Source: a virus (taxonomy: Duplodnaviria > Caudoviricetes). Taken from it: DNA of 50,934 nucleotides. Made by a program: the position numbers and the translations under genes. The notes below the pieces were generated by a model. The model was not told where the DNA came from. It searched no databases and saw only the letters and a program-made list of their open reading frames with translations. The stretch is taken from positions 1 to 50,934 of IMG/VR virus record IMGVR_UViG_3300030382_002670; one strand, 5' to 3'. Below, piece after piece: positions 9,458-19,152 of the stretch. Every line of letters begins with the position of its first letter. Position 1 is the stretch's first letter.

Positions 9458-10849
9458 ATGGCTGATAGTACATTTTTCAGTGGACAAGCGGGGGGTCAGG
9501 TACAAAGCGGTGTCAGTATTGACAACAACCGCCGAATATTTAATTTTGGTGAAAGAGTAGCTGAGTTAGCTCCCCAACAAAGTCCATTTTTCGTATATCT
9601 TAGCAAGGTAGCTAAGAAGACCACGGATGACCCTGTTTTCAAGTTTCTTGAGCAGAGACATCAATGGCAAAGGCGTAACTTCGAGACAGTAACTTGGACC
9701 TGGGATAAAGCCTCAGGCGAAGGTGCTGAAACGACTAACGACTTAACAATTAAATGTAAGTATGACAAGTATGGAAAGATATCAACAGGCAATGAATGCG
9801 TGTTTGTTCTTCCAGGTCAAATACTTGCAGTAAAACACCAAGACGGCTCCGTATATAGAGTTAAGATAGGAAACAGTGCAACAGTAGTACATGGTGCTAC
9901 TAATGCTGCTGGTATCGCACACAATGATACAGTAACTATTATTGATGGTGCACACCTAACAGCTCTTGATGACGCTTCTGTCGTTTCAGCAGCTGCGTGG
10001 GATGCAGCTGGTGCTGGTCAAGTAATTGGCTCAGCATTTGCTGAGGGTACTGGTTCTGGTGTTGGTTGGGAAGACAAACTATATGATAGAGAAGGATATT
10101 GTCAAATATTCAAGACAGCAATGTCTCTATTCTCTAACACATCTTTGGCTACCCGATATAGAGGTATCTCAAACGAATATCAAAGAGTATGGCAAGAAAA
10201 GCTAATGGAGCATAAGATGGATATCGAAACAGCAATGTTATTCGGTGTTGGTTCTGCTCACTCAGCTGATGGTGCAACTGATGTTTCAGGAGACCAGACA
10301 GGCCAACCTATGAGATATTCATGGGGAATCTTACCTTACACTGAAAAGTTTGGTAAAGTATATAACATGAGCTATGCTTCATCTGGATATGACTCATTCT
10401 TAGATGCAATGGAAGATTTCTTTGCTATCGAAGGTGCTAATTCTGGAAACAAGCTTGTTCTAGCTTCAAGAAAAGTTATTACTTATCTTAATAAGATAGG
10501 TGCTGGCTCTTTCTTAAACAACTCTGTTGGTTCAGAGCAGTATAGACTAGACGTGCAGAATATTCAAGGTTCATTTGGCCATCAGGTAACTATGGTTAAT
10601 ACAATCTTTGGTAATCTACACTTCGTTCCAGAGCCTCTTTTAAGGGGTCCTTGGGAAGATTACTGCATAGCTATTGATATGGCTAATGTATCTTACAGAC
10701 CACTAGCGGGTAATGGTGTTAGTCGAGACACCTTCATTGAGACAAATATCCAGGGCAACGACATTGATGGTAGGAAAGACCAAATCATCACAGAGTCTGG
10801 CCTAGAGATTAGTCTTCCTGAAACTCACGCAATCATCAAATTCAGTTAA
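9458..10849 (+). CDS. major capsid protein (SU10/DUF5309-like, HK97 fold)
   Basis: Position after scaffold, 463 aa; YCQIFKT, EHKMDIETAMLFG, TIFGNLHFVPEPLL, DGRKDQIITESGLEI...H motifs. Confidence 0.9.
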   Translation: MADSTFFSGQAGGQVQSGVSIDNNRRIFNFGERVAELAPQQSPFFVYLSKVAKKTTDDPVFKFLEQRHQWQRRNFETVTWTWDKASGEGAETTNDLTIKCKYDKYGKISTGNECVFVLPGQILAVKHQDGSVYRVKIGNSATVVHGATNAAGIAHNDTVTIIDGAHLTALDDASVVSAAAWDAAGAGQVIGSAFAEGTGSGVGWEDKLYDREGYCQIFKTAMSLFSNTSLATRYRGISNEYQRVWQEKLMEHKMDIETAMLFGVGSAHSADGATDVSGDQTGQPMRYSWGILPYTEKFGKVYNMSYASSGYDSFLDAMEDFFAIEGANSGNKLVLASRKVITYLNKIGAGSFLNNSVGSEQYRLDVQNIQGSFGHQVTMVNTIFGNLHFVPEPLLRGPWEDYCIAIDMANVSYRPLAGNGVSRDTFIETNIQGNDIDGRKDQIITESGLEISLPETHAIIKFS

Positions 10850-10860
10850 GGGGGATTATT

Positions 10861-11349
10861 ATGGCTTTTACAAAGAAATCATATAACTCTGGAGCTAAGG
10901 AGTATATCCTTTATACTGGAGAAGAGATTAGTCATACTGTTGCTGGAAATGCTATAGCTGCTGGAAATGTATATTCTACATTACCAATAGATGTAAGCGG
11001 AAAAAAGCTTCAGTTTATGATTAAATGCACAGTTGCAGGGGCAGATGACCTTGATTTAGGAGTTTCATTAGAAGGTAGTATAGATGGAACTAATTGGGTA
11101 ACTGTTGTTGCTGATGGTACTATGGCGATTGACGTTGCAGGTACTAACGTTAGTAACGTAGATACAATACTTGTTGATTGTTCTAGTGCTTCATTTCCTC
11201 ATTGGAGATGGAATACTTCGAATATATTAATCAGTACTGGTGGTACTAATGGTACAACTAAGCATGAGTTACAAATGGCTGTTGAAGTTTCTGACAACAT
11301 GAGTATGGTTGCAGCAGACTTTGGTGGTGTTGGAGTAGACCCAAGCTAG
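10861..11349 (+). CDS. putative capsid accessory/decoration protein (beta-rich)
   Basis: Directly after the MCP; V.LEGS.DG.NW motif shared with the next gene. Confidence 0.6.
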   Translation: MAFTKKSYNSGAKEYILYTGEEISHTVAGNAIAAGNVYSTLPIDVSGKKLQFMIKCTVAGADDLDLGVSLEGSIDGTNWVTVVADGTMAIDVAGTNVSNVDTILVDCSSASFPHWRWNTSNILISTGGTNGTTKHELQMAVEVSDNMSMVAADFGGVGVDPS

Positions 11350-11358
11350 ATAAAAAAT

Positions 11359-11385
11359 ATATACCCCTCTTCGGAGGGGTATATT
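11359..11385 (+). terminator. hairpin terminator/attenuator after the capsid operon
   Basis: Perfect 11-bp stem ATATACCCCTC / GAGGGGTATAT with a C(TTCG)G tetraloop; weak U tail on plus, A6 tract on the left. Confidence 0.8.
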
Positions 11386-11399
11386 AACTAAGGAGAGAC

Positions 11400-11858
11400 A
11401 TGGGAGATATAAGCTCAAAGGTAGGGAAGTGGTTAACTGTCTCTGCCGACAAAAGTGGCAATGGAGTAAAACATCAATGTAAGGCTTCTTTTGCCAATAA
11501 TGATTTAAATGGTGCTGGAGACTATGCATATACAAAATCTTTTGATTGGCCTGTTATGTCTGATTTTTCAGTATATTACGAAACAAAAGATACTAATGGT
11601 GATGCACAAACGTTAGTTTTAGATGGAACAGATTCTGATTTAAACGTTACAGTACAAGGTTCAGTTGATGGAATTAACTATGTAAATATGCATGATACTA
11701 ATGATATCATTAGAGAAGGTGCAGAGGTAGGTGTATTTGTCTATGATATTGATGGTTCAGGAATAGCTCCATTCATAAGGCTTAAAATAACAAGTGATGA
11801 TGGTTTTGTAGGTACTCATGATTTATATGTAAGTGTAATTCCTCACGTTAGCGCATAA
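11400..11858 (+). CDS. putative virion accessory protein, paralogue of 10861..11349
   Basis: DLNVTVQGSVDGINYV vs DLGVSLEGSIDGTNWV; AAGGAGA Shine-Dalgarno. Confidence 0.65.
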   Translation: MGDISSKVGKWLTVSADKSGNGVKHQCKASFANNDLNGAGDYAYTKSFDWPVMSDFSVYYETKDTNGDAQTLVLDGTDSDLNVTVQGSVDGINYVNMHDTNDIIREGAEVGVFVYDIDGSGIAPFIRLKITSDDGFVGTHDLYVSVIPHVSA

Positions 11859-11859
11859 T

Positions 11860-12756
11860 ATGCAAGTTATAAAAACATTTGATGAAATTCCTGCGGATGA
11901 TTATACTAATTGGTATAAATTAAATTGGACAAATACTTTTGTTTGCAGAACATTTCTTCCTGGATTGAAAGATGCCCAGGATGTTCTATTAGATGTTGAT
12001 AGCGTATTTTCAGCTGGAGCATGGAACCCGGCTTCTAGTCTATGGAATCCTATTAATTTTAATAACTTAGATGGACTTGGAAGAGGTTATCCAAGAAATT
12101 TTACTGGAGTAGGTTCAGATGATTGGCAGAATTGTACTACTGACGAAGCTGATATAACATTGAAAGTAGAAACAAATCCAAATGGAACACTGCCTGTTGG
12201 AACATATACAAATGCTACGCATGCGGGAATTTTTATAACTGGTAGTTCAACTAATACTGGAAGATTCGCATTAGACCCACTTATTGCTGGTACTTTAGGT
12301 GCTGAATGGACAGGAGTAATAACTTGGAGTAATGTTGACTTACATGGTCCAAATGGTGGAGCTTATGCCATAACTCCAATGTTTAGATATTCTGAAATTC
12401 CTGCTAAATTTACTGAGGGAACTTTTTTTTATAACTGTAAAAGGGGTAATTGTGGAGCCGCAGCTAGTTCTAATTATGGGGCGACAACTAGATGGCATAT
12501 ATATGACAAGGAAGATAAACTATTAATGGGAGAGTTATACGGAGAAGTTACTTCTGACATAGCATTATATCAGCAACAGCAAGTGGCAGTTATGGATATG
12601 GATGCGTCAAATTCTTCAATGGTAATAGGTAGTGCTTATAATATACTTCCAGCCGCAGATGGTATCAAATGGGCTTTTTTGTGCAAAAGCAACTCAAACA
12701 AGAGTACCACAGACTCAAGCATGTTCTGTGCATTTGTTAAAAGTTATCAAATATAA
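11860..12756 (+). CDS. putative virion structural protein
   Basis: 298 aa, G/T/N/W-rich beta-type composition in the structural block. Confidence 0.65.
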   Translation: MQVIKTFDEIPADDYTNWYKLNWTNTFVCRTFLPGLKDAQDVLLDVDSVFSAGAWNPASSLWNPINFNNLDGLGRGYPRNFTGVGSDDWQNCTTDEADITLKVETNPNGTLPVGTYTNATHAGIFITGSSTNTGRFALDPLIAGTLGAEWTGVITWSNVDLHGPNGGAYAITPMFRYSEIPAKFTEGTFFYNCKRGNCGAAASSNYGATTRWHIYDKEDKLLMGELYGEVTSDIALYQQQQVAVMDMDASNSSMVIGSAYNILPAADGIKWAFLCKSNSNKSTTDSSMFCAFVKSYQI

Positions 12757-12774
12757 AAAAAAGGATGGTGAGAC

Positions 12775-12879
12775 ATGAAAAGAAGAAGAGGAAGAAAGGC
12801 AACAAAGAGTAAAAGCAGAGGTAGAAATAGAAAGTCATTGAAGTCTCGTTCTAAAAAGAGACCATTAAGAAGAAGATAA
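12775..12879 (+). CDS. protamine-like basic peptide (34 aa, MKRRRGRKATKSKSRGRNRKSLKSRSKKRPLRRR)
   Basis: Translated by hand; GGTGAG upstream; fills the operon gap; 20 of 34 residues K/R, none acidic. Confidence 0.7.
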   Translation: MKRRRGRKATKSKSRGRNRKSLKSRSKKRPLRRR

Positions 12880-12888
12880 GGAGATTCT

Positions 12889-13059
12889 ATGAAAATAGCG
12901 ACAGTATTAAAGGTAGCTAAAGTAGGATTAAGAGTAGCTAAACCTGTGTGGGAAACTGCTACTAAAGCTGCAAAGAAGGTAATTAAGAAAAAACCTGTTA
13001 AAAAAGTAGTTAAAAAAGCAGTAAAAGCAAAGGGTAAAAAATGGCTGAAGAAAAAGTAG
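12889..13059 (+). CDS. Lys/Ala/Val-rich basic protein (56 aa, histone H1 tail-like composition)
   Basis: Translated by hand; TAAGGAGA Shine-Dalgarno; KAAKKVIKKKPVKKVVKKAVKAK. Confidence 0.75.
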   Translation: MKIATVLKVAKVGLRVAKPVWETATKAAKKVIKKKPVKKVVKKAVKAKGKKWLKKK

Positions 13060-13145
13060 TGTGCTCTACAAGTATAGGAGAGCCATTTCATGGAGTTCCT
13101 AATAATAATAAGAGACGTAAAAACAACTTAAAGGCTAAAAAGTAA
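13041..13145 (+). CDS. small basic protein (34 aa, MAEEKVVCSTSIGEPFHG...)
   Basis: Translated by hand; stop coupled by TAATG to the 13145 gene. Confidence 0.55.
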   Translation: MAEEKVVCSTSIGEPFHGVPNNNKRRKNNLKAKK

Positions 13146-14359
13146 TGAGCCAAGTAACAGATGAATTAAATTCATTACTAGGGGGACTCACTCAATTAGA
13201 TTGGGATGATGCAAGTGATGTTAAGTATTATCCTGGAAGCAGTGAAATAGAGAGTTTTTGGATAGAGTCCTACAATCAAGTAGCTTTAATGGCTAGTGAT
13301 GACCCCCATCTTCTGGACGATTTAACCGCTAGTGTAGATTTTGGTTGGATTCTTAATTCACACGATGGAGGAAAGTATTGGCAAGTTAGTAGTGATATTC
13401 AATTATTAAGAGTAGTTGAACTTGGTGTAAAAAGAGATATTGCAGTTACTGATGCATTGCAGGGTTCGGGACCTTTCCAAAAGCGAAAAGCAAAAGTTGT
13501 TGATACGGAAGAAGAATGGAGCATGGCTAATGATGTAGATAGTTTATACGCATGTGATGTAAGTACTCCAGTAGCTCATATAGGAGGTGATTATATCCAA
13601 ATACATGACGGTACAACTGATAGTTTGCCTTATGCTAAATTTATATGGGGATATAAACCTGGTGAAATCACTTACGCTGGTAATTGGGCTTCATCTGGTG
13701 CTTCTGCTACATATGTACCACCTGAATGGGCTAAAAATCCTACATTAAATTTAATAGCTGCTAAAATATGTAGATGGGCTGCATCAGTATGGATGGCAAA
13801 TTTACCTGATGATTTAGGAACAAAAGCTTATATGGTGGATTCTGGCACTGGACATGCAGGGTCATCTTTTGATACTGTCGCTGATTTAGGTACTTTAGCA
13901 TCTGTTGTAGAAGCTGCTATTAACACTGGAGGTATTACTGGTGATGCAGGAGCTCCGATAGATATGACTATGAGCGATACTGTTGAATCTTTAGATGTAT
14001 GGCAGAATGCAAGCGATACGGGTGTATTTGACTATATTGATGCTCAAGAAGACATCGAGTTAGCTGGAGCTAAACTTCAAGCTATAGGGGGCAAATTGAA
14101 TCATATAACACAGGAATATAATAACTATATGACTCATAATACAGCAGCTACTAATGAATATAATATCAATTTACAAAAAAAACTAACAATGTATCAAACT
14201 ACTATAGCTGATGTAAATGCAAGAGTTTCTGCTTTAATGGCTAGAGCTGAGATACTAGATGCCGAAGCGGGTAAAACACTTTCTTTATTAATGGGAACTT
14301 CAGTTGTTGCTCCAGTAAAAGGAGCTTCTGCTCAATTATCAGAAGGAAAGAATAAATGA
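13145..14359 (+). CDS. putative virion structural protein (head-tail adaptor-like with coiled-coil extension)
   Basis: 404 aa in the neck region; EDIELA...LQ helical C-terminus. Function inferred from position. Confidence 0.55.
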   Translation: MSQVTDELNSLLGGLTQLDWDDASDVKYYPGSSEIESFWIESYNQVALMASDDPHLLDDLTASVDFGWILNSHDGGKYWQVSSDIQLLRVVELGVKRDIAVTDALQGSGPFQKRKAKVVDTEEEWSMANDVDSLYACDVSTPVAHIGGDYIQIHDGTTDSLPYAKFIWGYKPGEITYAGNWASSGASATYVPPEWAKNPTLNLIAAKICRWAASVWMANLPDDLGTKAYMVDSGTGHAGSSFDTVADLGTLASVVEAAINTGGITGDAGAPIDMTMSDTVESLDVWQNASDTGVFDYIDAQEDIELAGAKLQAIGGKLNHITQEYNNYMTHNTAATNEYNINLQKKLTMYQTTIADVNARVSALMARAEILDAEAGKTLSLLMGTSVVAPVKGASAQLSEGKNK

Positions 14360-14646
14360 TATTGAAAAATATGTTAGAGGAAATTAAAAAGCATCATCCT
14401 CATGTAGGAAAATCAGAGATATTAAAGGCTTTAAATAGATTTTCTGAAGAGTTTGCAGAGGAAACTGAATGTATAGAGAGTACATTTACTGTATTAACTA
14501 CAGCAGGAGTTAGATATTATGGATTATCTCAAAGTGTTAGTAATGAAGCAGACCATGATATTATAACAGTTAAAAGAATAGATTTAGATAACGAGCCAAT
14601 TCCTAAATTAATAGGATGGCCAGACTATATAGATACGGACGCATAA
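14356..14646 (+). CDS. head-tail adaptor-like protein, N-terminal part
   Basis: EILKALNRFSEEFAEET...T.AGVRYYGL pattern typical of the start of P22 gp4/T7 gp11-like adaptor proteins. Confidence 0.55.
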   Translation: MILKNMLEEIKKHHPHVGKSEILKALNRFSEEFAEETECIESTFTVLTTAGVRYYGLSQSVSNEADHDIITVKRIDLDNEPIPKLIGWPDYIDTDA

Positions 14647-15026
14647 TGGCTTTAACAAAAAAATACGCATGGTATCCAGAGAGAGAAAGAATTGGCTTAG
14701 TTATAATTGATGGAGCCGACAATAGAGATTTTAAAATATCTAGTGTAGATACTACTGGAATGAAAATGAGGATACTAGGGACATCGAAGCCATCTGAATT
14801 TACAATGGTTCAAGATGAAAGAACTACTACAAGTGCTTTTCCACCACAATTTCATGCTGCTTTGCCATATAGATGTATTGCAGAATTTTATAGAGACCCT
14901 AGGAATTTAAATTTAGAATTAGCTGAATATTATCAAGCTCAATATCAAAAGATAGTTAAGCTTGCCAAACATTATGGTAAAAGAGGACATATAGGATTTG
15001 GAACATTGAAAGGATTTAGTTTCTAA
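14646..15026 (+). CDS. head-tail adaptor-like protein, C-terminal part
   Basis: FPPQFHAALPYRCIAEFY...AEYYQAQY pattern typical of the end of such adaptors; start at ATG 14646 by TAATG coupling. Confidence 0.55.
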   Translation: MALTKKYAWYPERERIGLVIIDGADNRDFKISSVDTTGMKMRILGTSKPSEFTMVQDERTTTSAFPPQFHAALPYRCIAEFYRDPRNLNLELAEYYQAQYQKIVKLAKHYGKRGHIGFGTLKGFSF

Positions 15027-15511
15027 TGTCGAGTTTTTCTAAAGAGAATCAAGGGTCTCGTCCCGTTTTTGCAGAAGAAACACCAGGAACACCTGCTGGA
15101 GGTTTTCTTGAGGGTGAGGCTACACCAAGTAGTGGATTAGCTCCTGTCAATATTACTACTACAGATTATTTTAAGTATATAAATAATCAAGCGGCTACCC
15201 CATTTCAATTCGAAGATGTTCCTGGGAATATTATGCTAGATTTTACTGGGCAACAATTTGATGATGATACGTATTTTAGATTTGGCGCAGATGCAGATTT
15301 TAATATAGGATATAATTCTAGTGATGACCAAATAGTTGTTACAGATAGTAGTAATCAAATATTATTTGGAATAGACAAACAAGGTCGATTAAAGATGAAA
15401 CCACAAACAACTATTCCTCAAGACACTGAAATAGATACAGATATAGCAAAAGTAGGCACTGAATATTATCTACGCAAAGATGATACTGGTGATACTTACA
15501 ACATGAGTTAA
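15026..15511 (+). CDS. putative tail-associated protein
   Basis: 161 aa; FGADADFNIGYNSS motif common in tail-fibre repeats. Confidence 0.55.
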   Translation: MSSFSKENQGSRPVFAEETPGTPAGGFLEGEATPSSGLAPVNITTTDYFKYINNQAATPFQFEDVPGNIMLDFTGQQFDDDTYFRFGADADFNIGYNSSDDQIVVTDSSNQILFGIDKQGRLKMKPQTTIPQDTEIDTDIAKVGTEYYLRKDDTGDTYNMS

Positions 15512-15520
15512 GGAGATATA

Positions 15521-16018
15521 ATGGCAATAACAAATAAAAATCTAAAAATGGAAGCATTAAATGATGCAGGCCTTCATAGGAGGACAAAAATAAAGAATTG
15601 GAACTCTACCTTACAAGCTGCTGTAACCGATGTTTTAACTAGGTGGACAAATGGCAAATCAACTTATGAAAAAGCATTAACAGTAGACGCAACTTCTGGA
15701 TTAGACCAAATTGGTGTTAGTTATTGGAGAAATCTAATAAAGAAAGATGGTTCTTTTGCTGTGGTGGACAGTGGAGTTGCAAAGCCTTTTATAGTACATG
15801 GTGGCAAATCATACTTATTTGATGTTTCAAATGGTTCACAAAAAACAGATTGGGAGAATTTCCAGATAGCTATAGCAGCTAAGGCTGGAAATTTAATTGC
15901 AATACAAAAACAAAAAGCATCAGGTGTTAAGAAGAATGCCTTGATGTTAAAAAAAGTTAAAACAGCTGTGACAACGTCAGCTTCAAAAGCAACTGCAGCA
16001 CTAAATAACTTAAACTAA
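15521..16018 (+). CDS. hypothetical protein (basic)
   Basis: 165-aa ORF with AAGGAGA Shine-Dalgarno. Confidence 0.75.
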   Translation: MAITNKNLKMEALNDAGLHRRTKIKNWNSTLQAAVTDVLTRWTNGKSTYEKALTVDATSGLDQIGVSYWRNLIKKDGSFAVVDSGVAKPFIVHGGKSYLFDVSNGSQKTDWENFQIAIAAKAGNLIAIQKQKASGVKKNALMLKKVKTAVTTSASKATAALNNLN

Positions 16019-16028
16019 GGAGATAATA

Positions 16029-16730
16029 ATGGCAAAATGGAAGAAAATTGCTACTGTTGATAGTGATGGGGCGTTAAACTACCCCACTACTGGTGCTGCA
16101 CTAAGTGTTTCTATAGACACAAGTTTGGGCAATGGCGGTACAGGACAAGACTTATCATCAGCAGGTAATTCATTAATGTATATAAAAGATGGAGCAATGA
16201 AAACATTAGCAGCTCCATCTGCAGGAGAGAACTTGATATTAGCATGGACATCGTCCTCATCTGACCCACATTGGCAAGATGTAACAGCTATTACGCATAA
16301 TCACGAAGGTGAGTACTTTGACACAGTAACAACAGATGAGCAAACTATAAATGGATTTGTTTCATTTGCTGGTGCTTTAGAAGTTACTGGAACTGTTAGT
16401 TTTGCAGCTGTTGATACCGCAATTATAACAAGTGGTATGATAGAAATAACTACACCCGATACAGGAGCTCCAGCTACTGATTTCAATAATAAAGGTATAA
16501 CTTTAGATGATGGTAATGCAGGAACAGATAATCCAGGTATATTTTGGAGCACTACTGCTCAAAGATGGGGAGTTGGAGAAGCCGGAGCCTATCAACATCC
16601 GCTAATGCTTTGTGATTTTACAATTAATCCGACAAATGGAGCCACTGCCTCAACAGATTATACTGACGCTATAGGTACTTTAGCTTTCAGTTCAACTGGT
16701 GACGAAGTATTCATTGTAACGTCATCTTAA
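16029..16730 (+). CDS. putative tail fibre component
   Basis: T/G/S/A-rich; GNGGTGQ and GITLDDG...IFW...RW fibre-like motifs; MAKWKK N-terminus. Confidence 0.6.
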   Translation: MAKWKKIATVDSDGALNYPTTGAALSVSIDTSLGNGGTGQDLSSAGNSLMYIKDGAMKTLAAPSAGENLILAWTSSSSDPHWQDVTAITHNHEGEYFDTVTTDEQTINGFVSFAGALEVTGTVSFAAVDTAIITSGMIEITTPDTGAPATDFNNKGITLDDGNAGTDNPGIFWSTTAQRWGVGEAGAYQHPLMLCDFTINPTNGATASTDYTDAIGTLAFSSTGDEVFIVTSS

Positions 16731-16742
16731 GGGGGTTTAGAA

Positions 16743-18815
16743 ATGGCTAATTGGAAACAAGTACTAACTTTAAATAGAGCAACAGTAGATGTTACATATC
16801 AAGACCTTATAGATGCTGGATGGATAGCCCAAGGAGATGTTCCTAACAGTCTGGTAACTGGGGAACCAGATAACACTATCACAGTTATTGGAGCTGGAAC
16901 CGATTTCATACCTGGTAAACTGAATGATGCTGTAGGATATTCAGATTTTGATTTAACTGTAACTTCTGCTTCAACTAGAGCAGGAGTTCCATTTAATCAC
17001 ACTGATGGATTCCTTGGGACTCATGGTGTTTCACAGCTTGATGTGCTTAGGCCCATAGCTGAGCAAAATATCCTTACTGCAGCAGCAGGTGGGCCTAGTT
17101 TAGGAACAGATTTAGGAGACCCTCACGTAAATCAAGCATTAGGTTTACCTATATTTACAAATAATACTGTTTGGGGATATGAAGAAGTTGAATATTTTGG
17201 CGGCGCTGAATTAGGTATTAGTATAGACTTAGATGCTGATGGTGTAAATGACCCTTATTGGGATAGCAATACAATGTATATTGGTGATAATTCTAGTAAT
17301 ACCACTAAGCGTTTATCAGAGTTTAAGGTATACGATGGAACTAATGGTGGATATCAAGGAGAATATGCTGAATACAATGATACTCATAGTGCCCCATTTC
17401 TCGTATTAAGCCCATTCGGAGACCATGGCTCTTCTACTATAGGGGCAAGTGCAAAAGCTTATATGGGTGCATATTTGAATGAAGATAATCCTCATATAAC
17501 TACAGTAATGCCAATGAAGTCAAATTACCAAACATATAGTGATGGTAATGCTATATTCTTTGGAAATCATGACCATTCCCAATATATGCCTGCATCTGGA
17601 GGTTCTTTAGGTAATGCCACTATGACTGCAGATGGGGTTATGGATTCATCTAATCATGCTGGATTTTTAATAGGTCCTGATGATGTAATAGCTGCTGTTG
17701 GAAATACAGTTGTATGGAAATTGAATACAGATGCTCTTGCTTTGTCGACATATATTGACAATGGTTCATTGCAAGCTCTTGCTGGTTTTGATGTAGTACC
17801 ATCAAACCTTTCTTATGTCAGACTTGTTGAGGATGTTTCAACTAATGATAATTATTATCAACATGCAGGTTCAGGTGCTACAGGAAATTATGATGGTGGT
17901 GATGGATTTAAAATTGTTGGTGGTAAGTATATAGTAGTTAAGGATAAGACTGATTTAGTAGAAGCTGCTGGTAATGGTGCTACAGTTACTGCTGACCCAA
18001 CTGTTGCTAAATTTAATCTTCGATATTTTTCAGATGATACTGGAATAGCTGACCATCCAGGTTTTATTACTAATGCAGGATTAGAAGATACAATAGTAGA
18101 AGATAGATTGCCAGAGCATTCTAATCTACCTATAGCAGTAGCATCATCTTTGGTTACAATCGATGATAGTTGTTCAATTAATACTTTGAATAACTTGTCA
18201 GATGATTTGGGAATATCACTTGGTTCTTATGGAGATATTGCTATGTATGCTAATTCTTCTCATTTAATGACTGGTGCAACATCAGGTATAGCAAATGTTG
18301 CTGAAGCTGATGAAACCGTAACTGAAAATTCATTTTTGCTGAAATTGGGATATACAGAGACTCCACTTCAAGTTGCATCGTTAGAGATGAAATTTGATAA
18401 TGGTCACTATTATCCAGGTGATGTAAGTATGTATGCAGCAGTAAGAAATACTACTTCTGAAGTTGAAACTCTAGAAAATGATAATAGATTATATAGGGCT
18501 AGAACAAATATAATCATGCCAATAGCTAATGTTGCTAATTTGGCTGCAATTTCATCAAGTACTGCTGCACAATTAGAAGAAGAATTTGATGCTCATCCTA
18601 GTGCAATAAGTAACCAAGTAGAAGCTTTTTCTGACATGATAAATGCTAGTGTAGATGGTAGTGCTATAGGAAATGTGATGGAGGTTAAAGCTGGTAATGG
18701 GTTCTTTGAAGCACATCATTTAGATGCTACTTCAGACGCTGAAGCTGTCTCAACAGTATGGATATTAACTGATGAAGATAACGGTGGCGATGATGGTGGA
18801 GAAAATGATTTCTAA
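16743..18815 (+). CDS. putative tail fibre/spike protein (acidic)
   Basis: 690 aa, D/G/N/T-rich; MANWKQ N-terminus. Confidence 0.6.
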   Translation: MANWKQVLTLNRATVDVTYQDLIDAGWIAQGDVPNSLVTGEPDNTITVIGAGTDFIPGKLNDAVGYSDFDLTVTSASTRAGVPFNHTDGFLGTHGVSQLDVLRPIAEQNILTAAAGGPSLGTDLGDPHVNQALGLPIFTNNTVWGYEEVEYFGGAELGISIDLDADGVNDPYWDSNTMYIGDNSSNTTKRLSEFKVYDGTNGGYQGEYAEYNDTHSAPFLVLSPFGDHGSSTIGASAKAYMGAYLNEDNPHITTVMPMKSNYQTYSDGNAIFFGNHDHSQYMPASGGSLGNATMTADGVMDSSNHAGFLIGPDDVIAAVGNTVVWKLNTDALALSTYIDNGSLQALAGFDVVPSNLSYVRLVEDVSTNDNYYQHAGSGATGNYDGGDGFKIVGGKYIVVKDKTDLVEAAGNGATVTADPTVAKFNLRYFSDDTGIADHPGFITNAGLEDTIVEDRLPEHSNLPIAVASSLVTIDDSCSINTLNNLSDDLGISLGSYGDIAMYANSSHLMTGATSGIANVAEADETVTENSFLLKLGYTETPLQVASLEMKFDNGHYYPGDVSMYAAVRNTTSEVETLENDNRLYRARTNIIMPIANVANLAAISSSTAAQLEEEFDAHPSAISNQVEAFSDMINASVDGSAIGNVMEVKAGNGFFEAHHLDATSDAEAVSTVWILTDEDNGGDDGGENDF

Positions 18816-18958
18816 TGATTGACTCTAATGATGCAAAATGGGTTTTGAAAATTATCCGAGAAAGTTGTAACTTACGCGGTATGGATTTAGAGCAAGCTGT
18901 ACATACTATACAGAAATTGCAACAAATCGCAACCGAAAAGGAGTTACCAGATGAGTAA
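18815..18958 (+). CDS. small helical protein (47 aa, MIDSNDAKWVLKII...)
   Basis: Translated by hand; TAATG-coupled; resembles the next ORF. Confidence 0.7.
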   Translation: MIDSNDAKWVLKIIRESCNLRGMDLEQAVHTIQKLQQIATEKELPDE

Positions 18959-19151
18959 AAAGACAGACCTAGCAAGCACAATAGAGGTAAATGAATGGAT
19001 GTTTATATTTAAAGCACTTGAAAGTACAAGGGTTTTAGGTAAAGAGGTTCAAGACTTCAGTAAGTTAATGGCTAAATTGGATTTAATTATATGCGATTTA
19101 ATGCCGCAGAATAACCCTGAAGGCTCTTTGACAGATAAAATAGAGGGTTAA
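18951..19151 (+). CDS. small helical protein (66 aa)
   Basis: AAGGAG Shine-Dalgarno; packed in the operon. Confidence 0.75.
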   Translation: MSKKTDLASTIEVNEWMFIFKALESTRVLGKEVQDFSKLMAKLDLIICDLMPQNNPEGSLTDKIEG

Positions 19152-19152
19152 C

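Noticed and set aside
12747-13091. 114-aa hydrophobic minus-strand ORF that looks like a membrane protein
   Set aside because: Antisense shadow of the Lys/Arg-rich plus-strand peptides (AAA/AAG read as Phe/Leu); the plus-strand ORFs have SD sites and fit the operon.
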